64,000 bases of DNA from Polyangia bacterium (lineage in GTDB: Bacteria > Myxococcota_A > Polyangia > Fen-1088): assembly GCA_036267635.1 (NCBI GenBank), contig DATAVR010000099.1, forward strand, positions 54,244-118,243, written 5' to 3'. A program made the position numbers and the translations under genes. Shown in pieces: positions 55,513 to 64,000 of the stretch. The notes under the pieces are model-generated. The model made no database searches, was not told the origin of the DNA, and saw nothing but the letters and a program-made list of their open reading frames with translations. The first letter of the stretch is position 1. Each line of letters opens with the position of its first letter.

Positions 55513-55965
55513 CTAACCGCCGAGAATTTCCATCCGCACCGTCACCACGCCCTCCTTGATCATCCCCAGCTTGCGCGCCGCCCCTTCGGAGAGATCGACG
55601 ATCCGGCCGCCCGGGCAGCCGCAGCGGTCGTTGATCCGGACCGTCACCGAGTGCCCGTTGGCGCGGCTGACCCGCACGCGCGTGCCGAACGGCAGCGACG
55701 GAGAGGCGGCGGTCATGGCGTTCGGATCGAAGCGCTCGCCGGAGGCCGTCTTGCGCCCGGCGAAGCCGCGCCCGTAGTAGCTGGCGCGCCCCTCGGTCAC
55801 GCGCCCGGCCGGTGGGCCGCCGCGCCGCGCGCCGGCCGCGGTCGCGCAGCCGAGCGCCACGCCGGTCGCGGCCACCGCGGCCAAGACCACGATCCGCAGG
55901 CGCGCCGCCCGCCGCGCCTCAACGAGGACGTTCGTGACCGCCTCCGCCGCCACCGGGCGGGCCAT
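55513..55965 (-). CDS. rlpA: Septal-ring lytic transglycosylase RlpA (DPBB domain).
   Basis: The sequence reads [68 protein letters not shown]. Confidence 0.8.
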   Translation of the reverse strand: MARPVAAEAVTNVLVEARRAARLRIVVLAAVAATGVALGCATAAGARRGGPPAGRVTEGRASYYGRGFAGRKTASGERFDPNAMTAASPSLPFGTRVRVSRANGHSVTVRINDRCGCPGGRIVDLSEGAARKLGMIKEGVVTVRMEILGG

Positions 55966-57424
55966 CGTCGAGCAACGTCTCGGCCTCCTCGGCCACCGCC
56001 GCCGGACCCTTGTCGCCGCGGCTCTCGATCGTGCCGATGCCGTACTTCTCGAGCTTGTAATAGAGCGCGCTGGTCTTGATGCCGAGCAGCCGCGCCGTCT
56101 CGGTCTTCACGCCGCCGCTCTTGTCGTAGGCGCGCTGGATGAGCTGCCGCTCCAGATCCTCGAGCAGCGCGGGGAGCGACATCTCGCCGCCGGGGAGCGC
56201 CAGCGCGTTCTCGGGCAGCCCGCCCCGCACCGAGGCCGGCAGCGCGCCGACGTCGATCGCCGTCCCCTCGGCGAACACCAGCGCCTGCTCGATGACGTTC
56301 TCCAACTCGCGCACGTTGCCGGGCCAGGCGTAGAGGCCGAGCCGCGCCAGCGCCCCGTCGCTGATCCCGTTTCGCGGGTCGATGGCGGCGTTGGTGCGCG
56401 GTCCCAGCTTGGCGATGAAGTGGGACACCAGGCGCGGGATGTCGTCCTTGCGCTCGCGCAGCGGGGGCACCTCGCACGGCACGACGTGCAGGCGGTAGAA
56501 GAGATCCTCGCGAAAGCGCCCGGCTGCCACCTCGCCGGCGATATTCCGGTGGGTCGCCGAGAGCACCCGCACGTCGACCTTGATCGTCTCCTCGCCGCCG
56601 ACCCGCTCGAAATTGCGCTCCTGCAGCACGTGCAGGAGCTTCAACTGCAGCGCCGGCGTCACGTCGCCGATCTCGTCGAGGAACAGCGTCCCCTTGTCGG
56701 CCAGCTCGAACCGCCCGAGCTTGCGCTTGATGGCGCCGGTGAAAGCCCCCTTCTCGTGCCCGAACAGCTCCGACTCCAGCAGCGTCTCGGTCAGCGCGCC
56801 GCAATTCACCTTGACGAATGGCCCTCCCGCCCGCTTCGACCGGGCGTGAATCGCGCGCGCCACCAGCTCCTTGCCGGTCCCCGACTCGCCGTGGATGTAG
56901 ATCGAGGCGTCGGTGGGGGCGACCTTCTCGATCAGCTGGAAGACCGCGCGCATCGGCGGCGTCTCCCCCACGATTTCGTCGAAGCGATACTGGCGCGCGG
57001 CGTCGTCGCGCAGCGCCGCGCTCTCCGCCTCGGCCCGCTCGCGGGCGCGCCGCTCGGCCCGCAGCTCGAGCGCCCGCGACACCTTGAGCCGGACGATCTC
57101 GGGCGCGAACGGCTTCTGGATGAAATCGTAGGCGCCGGTCCGCATCGCCTCGACGGCCGTCTCGACGGTGCCGAAGGCCGTCGCGATCATCACCGGGCAG
57201 TCGGGATCGCGTTCCGCCACGGTCTTCAGCACCTCGAGACCCCCTTTTCCTTCCATCTTGAGATCGGTGATCACGAAGTCGATCCCGCCCCGCCCGGCCG
57301 AGACGTGCTTGAGCCCCTCGTTACCGGAGGCCGCCAGCACCGCCTCGTGCCCCATCCGGCGGACGGTGGCGCCCAACCCCTCGCGCATCGTCTCGTTGTC
57401 GTCGATGATGAGGATGCGCGCCAT
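55919..57424 (-). CDS. Sigma-54-dependent response regulator (NtrC family: REC + AAA+ + Fis-type HTH).
   Basis: The receiver has [11 protein letters not shown]...ITDLKM (the receiver Asp). The AAA+ part has [15 protein letters not shown] and the GAFTGA motif. A C-terminal HTH reads [16 protein letters not shown]. Confidence 0.85.
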   Translation of the reverse strand: MARILIIDDNETMREGLGATVRRMGHEAVLAASGNEGLKHVSAGRGGIDFVITDLKMEGKGGLEVLKTVAERDPDCPVMIATAFGTVETAVEAMRTGAYDFIQKPFAPEIVRLKVSRALELRAERRARERAEAESAALRDDAARQYRFDEIVGETPPMRAVFQLIEKVAPTDASIYIHGESGTGKELVARAIHARSKRAGGPFVKVNCGALTETLLESELFGHEKGAFTGAIKRKLGRFELADKGTLFLDEIGDVTPALQLKLLHVLQERNFERVGGEETIKVDVRVLSATHRNIAGEVAAGRFREDLFYRLHVVPCEVPPLRERKDDIPRLVSHFIAKLGPRTNAAIDPRNGISDGALARLGLYAWPGNVRELENVIEQALVFAEGTAIDVGALPASVRGGLPENALALPGGEMSLPALLEDLERQLIQRAYDKSGGVKTETARLLGIKTSALYYKLEKYGIGTIESRGDKGPAAVAEEAETLLDDGPPGGGGGGHERPR

Positions 57425-57450
57425 CTCGGCTAGCCTACCCCCGTCTCAAA

Positions 57451-58575
57451 ATGTCAGACAACCCCATCCCCAATTCGGGACCCTCGAAGGGTCCCGCTCC
57501 CCCCACGCGATCGCCCCTGGATCTGCTGCGCCCGGCCGTGCGGGCCATGCCCGGTTATACGCCCGGTGAGCAGATCGCCGATCTCACGAAGTTGAACACC
57601 AACGAGGGCGCGTTTCCCCCCTCGCCTCGCGTGCGGGCGGCGCTGAGCGCCATCGCCGACGAGTCGCTGCGCCTCTACCCGGATCCGACCAGCAGCGGCC
57701 TGCGCGCGGTGGCCGCCGCGCGGTTCGGCGTCGCGCCCGAAGAGGTGCTGGCCGGCAACGGCTCCGACGACTGCCTGACCGTTCTCTATCGCGGATTCCT
57801 CGACCCGGGCGAGCGGGTCGCTTGCCCCTGGCCCACCTATGGCCTCTACGCGACGCTGGCCGCGCTGCAAGGGGCGGAGCTGGTGCAGCTGCCGTTCGTG
57901 ACGAACGGGCGCCGGTTCGTGCTGCCGCGGGATCTGGCGCGCCAGCGGGCGAAGATGATCATCCTCGCCAACCCCAACAATCCGTCGGCGACGCTGGTCC
58001 CGGTCGACGAGCTGCGCGCGCTCTGCGACGAGGCGGCGGGGGCGATCGTCGTCGTCGACGAGGCCTACGTCGACTTCGCGCTCGGCGCCGGGATCGACGC
58101 CAGCATGCTCCCCTACCTCCACCAGCACCCGAACCTGGTCGTGCTGCGAACACTCTCCAAGAGCTACAGCCTGGCCGGCGCGCGCCTGGGGCTGCTGTTC
58201 GCCGCCGCGCCGGTCGTAGAAGCGCTCACCAAGGTCAAGGACAGCTACAACGTCAACGCCATCACCCAAGCGATCGGCATCGCCGCCCTCGAGGACCGCG
58301 CCTACCTCGACGACCGCGTCCGCCGCACGCTCGAGCAGCGCGCCCGCCTCGAGGCAGCGCTCGCCGCCCTCGGCCTCACCTGGCCCGAGTCCGCCGCCAA
58401 CTTCCTGCTCGTCGAAATCGGCGAGCGCGCCGAAGAGGTCTATCTGGCGCTCAAACAGACGGGTCTCTTGGTCCGCTGGTGGTCCGCCCCCGAGCTGCGC
58501 ACGAAGATCCGCATCAGCGTCGGCAAGCCCGACGACAACGACCGCCTGAGCGCCGCGCTGAAGAGCTTGATGTAG
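57451..58575 (+). CDS. hisC: Histidinol-phosphate aminotransferase (class II aminotransferase).
   Basis: The motifs are LNTNEGAFPPSP, YPDPTSSGLR and TLSKSYSLAGARLG (the PLP Lys). Confidence 0.8.
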   Translation: MSDNPIPNSGPSKGPAPPTRSPLDLLRPAVRAMPGYTPGEQIADLTKLNTNEGAFPPSPRVRAALSAIADESLRLYPDPTSSGLRAVAAARFGVAPEEVLAGNGSDDCLTVLYRGFLDPGERVACPWPTYGLYATLAALQGAELVQLPFVTNGRRFVLPRDLARQRAKMIILANPNNPSATLVPVDELRALCDEAAGAIVVVDEAYVDFALGAGIDASMLPYLHQHPNLVVLRTLSKSYSLAGARLGLLFAAAPVVEALTKVKDSYNVNAITQAIGIAALEDRAYLDDRVRRTLEQRARLEAALAALGLTWPESAANFLLVEIGERAEEVYLALKQTGLLVRWWSAPELRTKIRISVGKPDDNDRLSAALKSLM

Positions 58576-58608
58576 CGAGCTCGACCACCCGCCGACCGCG
58601 AACGACGG

Positions 58609-59439
58609 TCATGGCCGACCGACGGGGCTGTCCCGGACCACGCGGCCGGTCACGCTGGAGGTCCCGCCACTCGTGCACTGCACCTGCATGCTGGTGCAGC
58701 GTGTCTCGCCGTGGCCGATGGGGTGACAGCTCGGACGGGGGCCTACCCGCACGCAACCCTCCATGCGCGTTGCGCCTTCGTTTCCAGCGGCGTCGAGCGG
58801 CGTGATGAAGAGGGCGAGGGGCCGGTCGGTGGGGATCGCGAAGTCGTCGCAGCCGACGGTGCCGGTCACGATGGTGCCGTGGCGTCGGCGCCAAGGCTCC
58901 CCGTCGGGGACGATCCAGACCTGCCCGTCGAGCTCGACGCGGTAGGCCGGAGCCTGGGGATCGATCGACAGCAGAAACCCGTTCGAGGACGGACAACCCT
59001 CCCCGTAGAGGTACTGTGCCTCGGTGATTTCCGTTTGGACGAGCGCGGTCTCGCGGGCGCGCGCGCCGAGTCGGTACTTCGCCTCGCCGCTCTCGGTTCC
59101 CACCTGCCCGCGCACACTGACGGCGATGGCGCTGGCTTTGACGTCGAGCCGCACGACGCTGGCTGTCCCTTCGCTGTGCAAGTCGGCCCGCGTGAACGCC
59201 ACCGGTCGGCCGTCCCCGTCGGTCACCGTCAGCTCGTCGAGCTTGGCCGCGGTGCCGCCGGCCTGCTGTCGCACGAAAACGTAGATCGTCGGGTTCGCCG
59301 GCAAACGAGTCCCGGAGGGCGGCGCCCAGACGATCAGCGGCGGGACGCCGCAGCCGGCGTGCACAATCCTTGCCCCGGTCACGAGCAGCGCAGACGCCGC
59401 GACGCCGACCGTCGTCCACCGCCCGCGCCGTCTGCTCAC
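58609..59439 (-). CDS. Secreted hypothetical protein.
   Basis: The 276-aa ORF has an N-terminal signal (TTVGVAASALLVTGARIVHAGC). No family was recognised. Confidence 0.4.
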   Translation of the reverse strand: MSRRRGRWTTVGVAASALLVTGARIVHAGCGVPPLIVWAPPSGTRLPANPTIYVFVRQQAGGTAAKLDELTVTDGDGRPVAFTRADLHSEGTASVVRLDVKASAIAVSVRGQVGTESGEAKYRLGARARETALVQTEITEAQYLYGEGCPSSNGFLLSIDPQAPAYRVELDGQVWIVPDGEPWRRRHGTIVTGTVGCDDFAIPTDRPLALFITPLDAAGNEGATRMEGCVRVGPRPSCHPIGHGETRCTSMQVQCTSGGTSSVTGRVVRDSPVGRP

Positions 59440-59498
59440 GCCAACTCGGACAACGGAACCGATCAGTGGTTCCCTCCGATCGCGTAGAGTCTCGGCCC

Positions 59499-59915
59499 AT
59501 GCGGCCCGAAAGGATCTTCGCTCCCATGAGCGTGCTGGCGCTCTGGACCGGGTGCATGGTCTTCCTGGTCGGGTTCAATCGCGTTCGCGCCGCGCGCGCC
59601 GGGCGCATCCCGCGCGGGGCGTTCCGCCTCGGCGAGAGCGCCGAGGTCCCGGCCGACGTGGCGCTCTGGAACCGCAACCTGATGAACCTGCTCGAGATGC
59701 CGATGCTGTTCTACGTGGTGAGCATCGCCTTTTACGTCACCCACCAGGTGACCCCGCGGGTGGTGACGTTGGCCTGGATCTACCTGGCGCTCCGGCTGGC
59801 GCACTCGCTGGTGCACGTGACGTCGAACCGAATCGGCCTCCGCCTGCTGTTCTACGCGGCCAGCAACTTCGTCCTGCTCTCCCTTTGGTCCCGGTTCATC
59901 TCCCGCGTGCTGTAG
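59499..59915 (+). CDS. MAPEG-family membrane protein.
   Basis: The protein is about 138 aa with 3-4 transmembrane helices. NRNLMNLLEMPMLFYVVSIAFYV resembles the MAPEG core. Confidence 0.5.
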   Translation: MRPERIFAPMSVLALWTGCMVFLVGFNRVRAARAGRIPRGAFRLGESAEVPADVALWNRNLMNLLEMPMLFYVVSIAFYVTHQVTPRVVTLAWIYLALRLAHSLVHVTSNRIGLRLLFYAASNFVLLSLWSRFISRVL

Positions 59916-61191
59916 ACGCGAGCACGGGCTGCGTCGCGCGCCGCCGAACGACCGCGCTCGCGGCACCGGTAAAGATGGCCAATACGCCGAGCGCATGCAG
60001 GCCGAGCACCCAGCTGCTCGACGGAGAAAACGGGTGGTCGCCGGCGACCAGCAGGAAGGTCTCACGCGGGATCGTCAGCAGGACGATGCCGACAGCGGCC
60101 GCGTTGCGCGCCGCGGCCACCTCCTCACGCGCGACCAGCACGGCGGGCAACAGGGCGAAGACAGCATTGTGCGTGCAAGCGATTGGGTTGAGCAGAGGAA
60201 TGAGCGACGCCCAGAGCGCGAAGGTCGGCCCGTCGGGTGGGACGGGGCCGGTCGCCACCCGCAGCCTCGGCCAGGTCAGCCAGGCCGCCAGAGCGACCAG
60301 CAGCGCGCCCACCAGCGCGTTCAGCGCATGCGCCAGCGCCGGGTTGTGGAAGGGCGCCAGCACGGACGCGCCGCCCACGAAGAGTCGAGCGAAGACTCCG
60401 TTGAGCGAGACGGTGTTGTCCGGGTACGCCTCCCACTCGCGAACCGTGGCGCCCGAAGTGGCGAAGAAATAGCGCCACGCGCCGACTCCGCCCAGCGGCC
60501 AGACAGCGAGGACGATCAGGGCGAACACCAGGCAGACCCTGATCGCCGTCCGCCGCGATCGGAGCGCGAGGTAACCGATGACGATGGCCGGGGTGGTCTT
60601 GAAGGCGATCGCCGTCCCGAGCCAGAACGCCGCCCGCCGCCCCGAGCCCCGCTCGAGGCTCCACCAGACGGCCGCCACCAGCGCCGAAAGAAAGATCGAC
60701 CATTGACCGTAAGCCAGATTGAACAGCGTGGGCGGCCAGAGCAGCAGCACCAGCGCGAGCGGGGCTGCCTCCCGCCAACGGGGGAGCCGCTCGGCGTGCC
60801 GCCAGATCGCGAGCAGCAGCCGCGCCAGGATCGCCAGCGCGCCGAGCGACAGCCCGAACCAGACGAAGATCGCCAGCCGCAACCCGAGCGGCACCAGCGG
60901 CAGCACCGGGAGCGCGGCCGTGGGCGGATGTGGATAGGGGCTGCCCGAGCGGTCGGTGCTGTAGCTGCTGGCGGGGCGGCCCATCAACCGATCGGCCGTC
61001 GCGTTGTCGAGAGCGGCGATCGGCTTGCCTTGCGCTTGCCACCGCACGGCCACGAAGTCGTTCCGGAAGTCACAACTGTCGGGAATGACCTCGAACGCCC
61101 GCAGGTAGATCCCGCGCGAGGTCGCCGCCGCGGCCACCAGCCAGACCCCGAACACCAACCAGTTCCCGCGCGTCGGCCGCCCCCGGGTCAT
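59896..61191 (-). CDS. GT87 / DUF2029-family membrane glycosyltransferase (GT-C fold, polyprenyl-phosphate-mannose-type mannosyltransferase family).
   Basis: The protein is about 430 aa with at least ten transmembrane helices. The conserved early loop of DUF2029 is present (...IYLRAFEVIPDSCDFRNDF...). Confidence 0.6.
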   Translation of the reverse strand: MTRGRPTRGNWLVFGVWLVAAAATSRGIYLRAFEVIPDSCDFRNDFVAVRWQAQGKPIAALDNATADRLMGRPASSYSTDRSGSPYPHPPTAALPVLPLVPLGLRLAIFVWFGLSLGALAILARLLLAIWRHAERLPRWREAAPLALVLLLWPPTLFNLAYGQWSIFLSALVAAVWWSLERGSGRRAAFWLGTAIAFKTTPAIVIGYLALRSRRTAIRVCLVFALIVLAVWPLGGVGAWRYFFATSGATVREWEAYPDNTVSLNGVFARLFVGGASVLAPFHNPALAHALNALVGALLVALAAWLTWPRLRVATGPVPPDGPTFALWASLIPLLNPIACTHNAVFALLPAVLVAREEVAAARNAAAVGIVLLTIPRETFLLVAGDHPFSPSSSWVLGLHALGVLAIFTGAASAVVRRRATQPVLASTARGR

Positions 61192-61204
61192 CGAAACGCT
61201 TGAG

Positions 61205-61564
61205 TTGGCCACGCGGGTTCGACGTATCTTACGCCGCTCCATCATGCCCCGCCCTCCCCGACCGCGCCGGCAACAGCGCGAACAGCAGCGGGCCCTCCGC
61301 AAGACCGTCCGTCAGATCGAGCGCCTCGCCGGCGAGCTGCCCGGCGGCTCGGCCGAGCGCCCGCTCGACGTCACCTCGGCCTCGGTGGTCGAGACGCGGG
61401 CGCGCGCGACCGAGTGTATTCAGTGCGACGCGGTCGAGATGGAGATTCGGGGCGACCGGGCGACCTCGACGGCGCGCGGCGTGCTGCGGGAGGTGGCGAT
61501 GGTCTGCCGGCGATGTCACGCCGGACGAACGGTTTGGGTTCGCGTCGCAGCCGGGTCGAACTGA
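61205..61564 (+). CDS. Small basic protein with a putative Zn-ribbon (CxxC...CxxC).
   Basis: The sequence has ECIQCD...(27 aa)...CRRCH. The N-terminus is Arg-rich. Confidence 0.3.
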   Translation: MATRVRRILRRSIMPRPPRPRRQQREQQRALRKTVRQIERLAGELPGGSAERPLDVTSASVVETRARATECIQCDAVEMEIRGDRATSTARGVLREVAMVCRRCHAGRTVWVRVAAGSN

Positions 61565-61622
61565 CGGCCGCGAACGCAGGCGTGCCCCGCGCCGGCGCGA
61601 GGCAGGCCCCGCGCCGTCCCCT

Positions 61623-62267
61623 TCACGGCCGAACGAGCTTCAGGTGCACCACCCCGGCCCCCTGCACCGTCTTCACCAACGCGAGCCCGTGAAGGTCGTC
61701 GAGACCACCGTCGAACAGCCGCTCGCCGCGTCCGAGCAGAACCGGCACGAGGTGGAGCCACATCTCGTCGACCAGACCAGCCGTCAAAAACTGCCTCGCC
61801 GCGCTGGCGCCCCCGGCCAATGAAATATCGCGGTCTCCCGCCGCCCGACGCGCTTCGGTCAGCGCCGCCTCGATCCCGTCGGTCACGAAGTAGAACGTCG
61901 TCCCCCCTTTCGCCGCCAGCGGCGCTCGCTGATGGTGGGTGAGGACGAAGACGGGGTAGTGAAAGGGCGGGGCGTCGCCCCACCAGCCGTTCCAGGGCTG
62001 CTCCGGGTCCCAGGCGCCGGGGTGCCCACCGAACATGTTGCGTCCCATGATGCCGGCGCCGACATTGCTCGAGATCTCTTCGATGACGGGCGTGCTCGCC
62101 GTTGCCTCGCCCCCCTCGAGGCCATGCGCCGCGCGCCAGGCAGCGAGCGGGAAGATCCATTCGTGGAGGCGCATCCCGCCGACTCCCAGCGGGTTCGCCA
62201 CGCTCTGGTCGGGTCCCGCCCCGAATCCGTCCAACGAGATCGAGATCTGGAACCGCAGTCTGGGCAT
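61623..62267 (-). CDS. Dihydrofolate-reductase-family protein (RibD C-terminal domain-like, YwjB-type).
   Basis: The motifs are MPRLRFQISISLDGF...GRNMF...FVLTHH...GG. Confidence 0.75.
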   Translation of the reverse strand: MPRLRFQISISLDGFGAGPDQSVANPLGVGGMRLHEWIFPLAAWRAAHGLEGGEATASTPVIEEISSNVGAGIMGRNMFGGHPGAWDPEQPWNGWWGDAPPFHYPVFVLTHHQRAPLAAKGGTTFYFVTDGIEAALTEARRAAGDRDISLAGGASAARQFLTAGLVDEMWLHLVPVLLGRGERLFDGGLDDLHGLALVKTVQGAGVVHLKLVRP

Positions 62268-62295
62268 GCGTCTCTTTTACTGCGCCGAGCGCCCG

Positions 62296-63546
62296 TCAGG
62301 TAGCCTCGTCGAGGCGGTCGATCTTCCGCAGCGAGCCGAGCGCGAAGGTGTAGACCGCGACCACGATCAGCGTCCCCACGCCACCGACGAGCACCGCCGG
62401 CACCGCCCCCAGCCAGGCGGCGGTCAGGCCCGACTCGAGCTCGCCGAGATCGTTCGAGCTGCTGATGAACACCATGTTGACGGCGCTGACCCGGCCGCGC
62501 ATCTCGTGCGGGGTGCGGAGCTGCACCACCGTCGAGCGGACCACCACGCTCACCATGTCGGAGGCGCCGAGCACGACCAGCGCCGCCAGCGACAGGCCGA
62601 AGTGGCGCGACAGGCCGAACACGATCGTCGCCACCCCGAACAGCGCCACGCAGACGAGCAAGATCGGGCCGGCCCGGCGGGTGAGCGGCCGGTAAGCCAG
62701 ACCGACCGCCGTCAGCGCCGCGCCCGCCGCCGGCGCGCTGCGCAGGAGCCCGAGGCCGAGAGGCCCGACATGGAGGATGTCACTGGCGAAGATCGGCAAG
62801 AGCGCGGTCGCTCCGCCGAGCAGCACCGCGAACAGATCGAGCGAGATCGATTCGAGGATGACCGGCCGGGTCCAGACGAAACGCAGCCCCTCGGCGACGC
62901 GGGCCAACGTCCCGTGCTGGGGCTGCGTCTGGAGAGGCGCGTGTGGACGGATGGCGAACGCCGCCACCGCCGCCAGCGCCAGCAGCAGCGCCGCGCTCGC
63001 GTAGACCCAGGTCGGCCCCTTGGCCGCGCCGTAGAGAATGCCGCCCAGAGCCGGCCCCGCGATCGTCGAGACCTGCCAAGTCGTCGAGGTCCAGGTGACC
63101 GCGTTGGCGAAGTGCTCGGGCGGCACCAGCCCCGGGACGACCGCCTGGGCCGCCGGCGCCAAAAATGCGCGCGCCACCCCGACGAAGAACAGCACCGCGT
63201 AGATCGGCGCCGGGCCGGCGTGCCGGACAGCGAGGGCGCAGAGGGCCAGAATGCAGAGCGCCAGCGTGACGTTGCAGACGGCCACGATCCGCCCGCGATC
63301 GAACCGGTCGGCCACGTTCCCGCCCGGGAGCGTCAGCACCAGCACCGGCGCGAACTGCACCAGGCCCACCAGCCCGAGCGCAATCGCCCGGTGGGTGAGG
63401 GCGTAGATCTGCCAGCCGACCGCCACGGTCGTCATCTGCGCGCCCAGGTTCAGCGCCAGCGACGAGACGACGTAGCGACGGAAATCGCGGTGGGCGAACG
63501 CCGCGCCCGGCGAGACGGCGGCGGCGGCGGCGGTCGAAGCGTCCAT
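62296..63546 (-). CDS. MFS transporter (EntS / MFS_1-like).
   Basis: The protein is 416 aa with 12 transmembrane helices. I chose the start MDASTAAAAA. A G10 tract on the + strand (C10 on the coding strand) sits 8-17 nt upstream of this ATG, and inside the ORF if an upstream ATG is used. Confidence 0.7.
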   Translation of the reverse strand: MDASTAAAAAVSPGAAFAHRDFRRYVVSSLALNLGAQMTTVAVGWQIYALTHRAIALGLVGLVQFAPVLVLTLPGGNVADRFDRGRIVAVCNVTLALCILALCALAVRHAGPAPIYAVLFFVGVARAFLAPAAQAVVPGLVPPEHFANAVTWTSTTWQVSTIAGPALGGILYGAAKGPTWVYASAALLLALAAVAAFAIRPHAPLQTQPQHGTLARVAEGLRFVWTRPVILESISLDLFAVLLGGATALLPIFASDILHVGPLGLGLLRSAPAAGAALTAVGLAYRPLTRRAGPILLVCVALFGVATIVFGLSRHFGLSLAALVVLGASDMVSVVVRSTVVQLRTPHEMRGRVSAVNMVFISSSNDLGELESGLTAAWLGAVPAVLVGGVGTLIVVAVYTFALGSLRKIDRLDEAT

Positions 63547-63628
63547 TTGTGTTGGGGGGGGGGCCGCGGATGATGACACGGGGCGCGGGATTGACTCGCC
63601 AGACAATCGCGGCCTAACATTCGGCCCC

Positions 63629-64000
63629 ATGAGCGGTGGAAGTGGTGGGAAATGGGTGCTGTTGCTGGCGCTGTTCGGCTCCGCGGCCGGCTGCCACGAA
63701 GCGGGCTGGACGCAATGGTCGGGCAGCGGCGCGAACAATCACTGGTACAAGATCGACGCCACCCGGACAGACTGGGAGTCGGCCCAGGCCGCCGCCGCGA
63801 GCGCAGCGGGCCGCTCTCTGGCCACCATCACCAGCGCCGGCGAAGAGCAGTTCATCGTCTCGACCTTCCTGACCGGCGACAACATGCAGACGGTGTTCTG
63901 GATCGGGGGCACCGACAAGGCGGACGGGACCACCTGGACCTGGGTCACCAGCGAGCTCTTCACCTACACCAACTGGAAGGACCTCGAGCCGAGCGGCGAT
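63629..64000 (+). CDS. C-type-lectin-domain lipoprotein, 3'-truncated by the window end.
   Basis: The lipobox is MSGGSGGKWVLLLALFGSAAGC. WYKIDATRTDWESAQAAAASAAGRSLATITSAGEEQFIV...FWIGGTDKADGTTWTWVTSELFTYTNWKDLEPSGD matches the C-type lectin domain (CTLD) W...A...C / WIGL / W.W / NW..GEP pattern. Confidence 0.6.
   Translation, partial: MSGGSGGKWVLLLALFGSAAGCHEAGWTQWSGSGANNHWYKIDATRTDWESAQAAAASAAGRSLATITSAGEEQFIVSTFLTGDNMQTVFWIGGTDKADGTTWTWVTSELFTYTNWKDLEPSGD

Noticed and set aside
54441-55559. 372-aa ORF on the plus strand.
   Set aside because: It is an alternate frame of the DUF2252 gene, and it lacks the DUF2252 motifs.
55934-57433. 499-aa ORF on the plus strand.
   Set aside because: It is antisense to the NtrC-type activator.
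59995-61203. 402-aa ORF on the plus strand.
   Set aside because: It is antisense to the GT87 gene.
62035-63573. 512-aa ORF on the plus strand.
   Set aside because: It is antisense to the MFS transporter gene.

Overview
This is a very GC-rich window (roughly 70% GC, near-saturated third codon positions) that is densely coding on both strands. Many long antisense or alternate-frame ORFs in the six-frame track are GC artefacts. The gene content points to a myxobacterium-like (Myxococcota-like) Gram-negative genome: lipobox and Tat signal peptides are frequent, there is a MopE-like 'putative metal-binding motif', an orphan sigma-54 activator, a TPR protein and C-terminal-Phe beta-barrel outer membrane proteins (OMPs). 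I found no rRNA, tRNA, CRISPR array, transposase or integrase.

Gene content, in order along the window:
- A LysR regulator (truncated at the window edge) and a DUF255 thioredoxin-domain protein.
- A secreted xylan/beta-glycan degradation set: a GH30 lipoprotein carrying a Cys-rich repeat module, a GH3 enzyme that is stop/start-coupled to a beta-barrel OMP, and a second small OMP; further along, a GH10 xylanase lipoprotein and a GH8 lipoprotein.
- An island of membrane glycosyltransferases: a GT2 enzyme resembling polyprenyl-phosphate sugar synthases, at least two clear GT39/83-type GT-C enzymes with a DE motif, two further polytopic GT-C-like proteins, a GT4 enzyme and a flippase-like UPF0104 protein. 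A DprE1-like FAD oxidase and a GT87 (DUF2029) protein lie elsewhere in the window. Together this looks like a glycolipid/lipoglycan or protein-glycosylation pathway that depends on polyprenyl-phosphate-linked sugars. It is my main candidate for an undescribed system.
- A pfk-pyk glycolysis pair whose stop and start codons overlap, plus pgm.
- A P-II protein, rbgA, and a TolC-MFP-RND efflux operon.
- A CotH-like protein, a phosphoesterase, a ParA-like ATPase and a hotdog thioesterase.
- A Tat-signal pirin and a Tat-signal archaemetzincin.
- A lipoprotein with a CXXCH motif, a block of DUF proteins, rlpA, an NtrC-type enhancer-binding protein, hisC, a DHFR-like protein, an MFS transporter, and a C-type-lectin lipoprotein truncated at the window end.

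Non-coding signals worth noting:
- A 54-bp (GAC)n repeat in a divergent promoter.
- A G10/C10 homopolymer at the 5' end of the MFS gene.
- A ~150-bp AT-rich island with direct repeats.
- Paired GGGAA-N-TTCCC palindromes in the divergent region between the TolC operon and the TPR gene.
- One intrinsic terminator.

Start codons were placed by frame arithmetic on the ORF track plus signal-peptide and RBS context. Individual starts may be off by one candidate codon.
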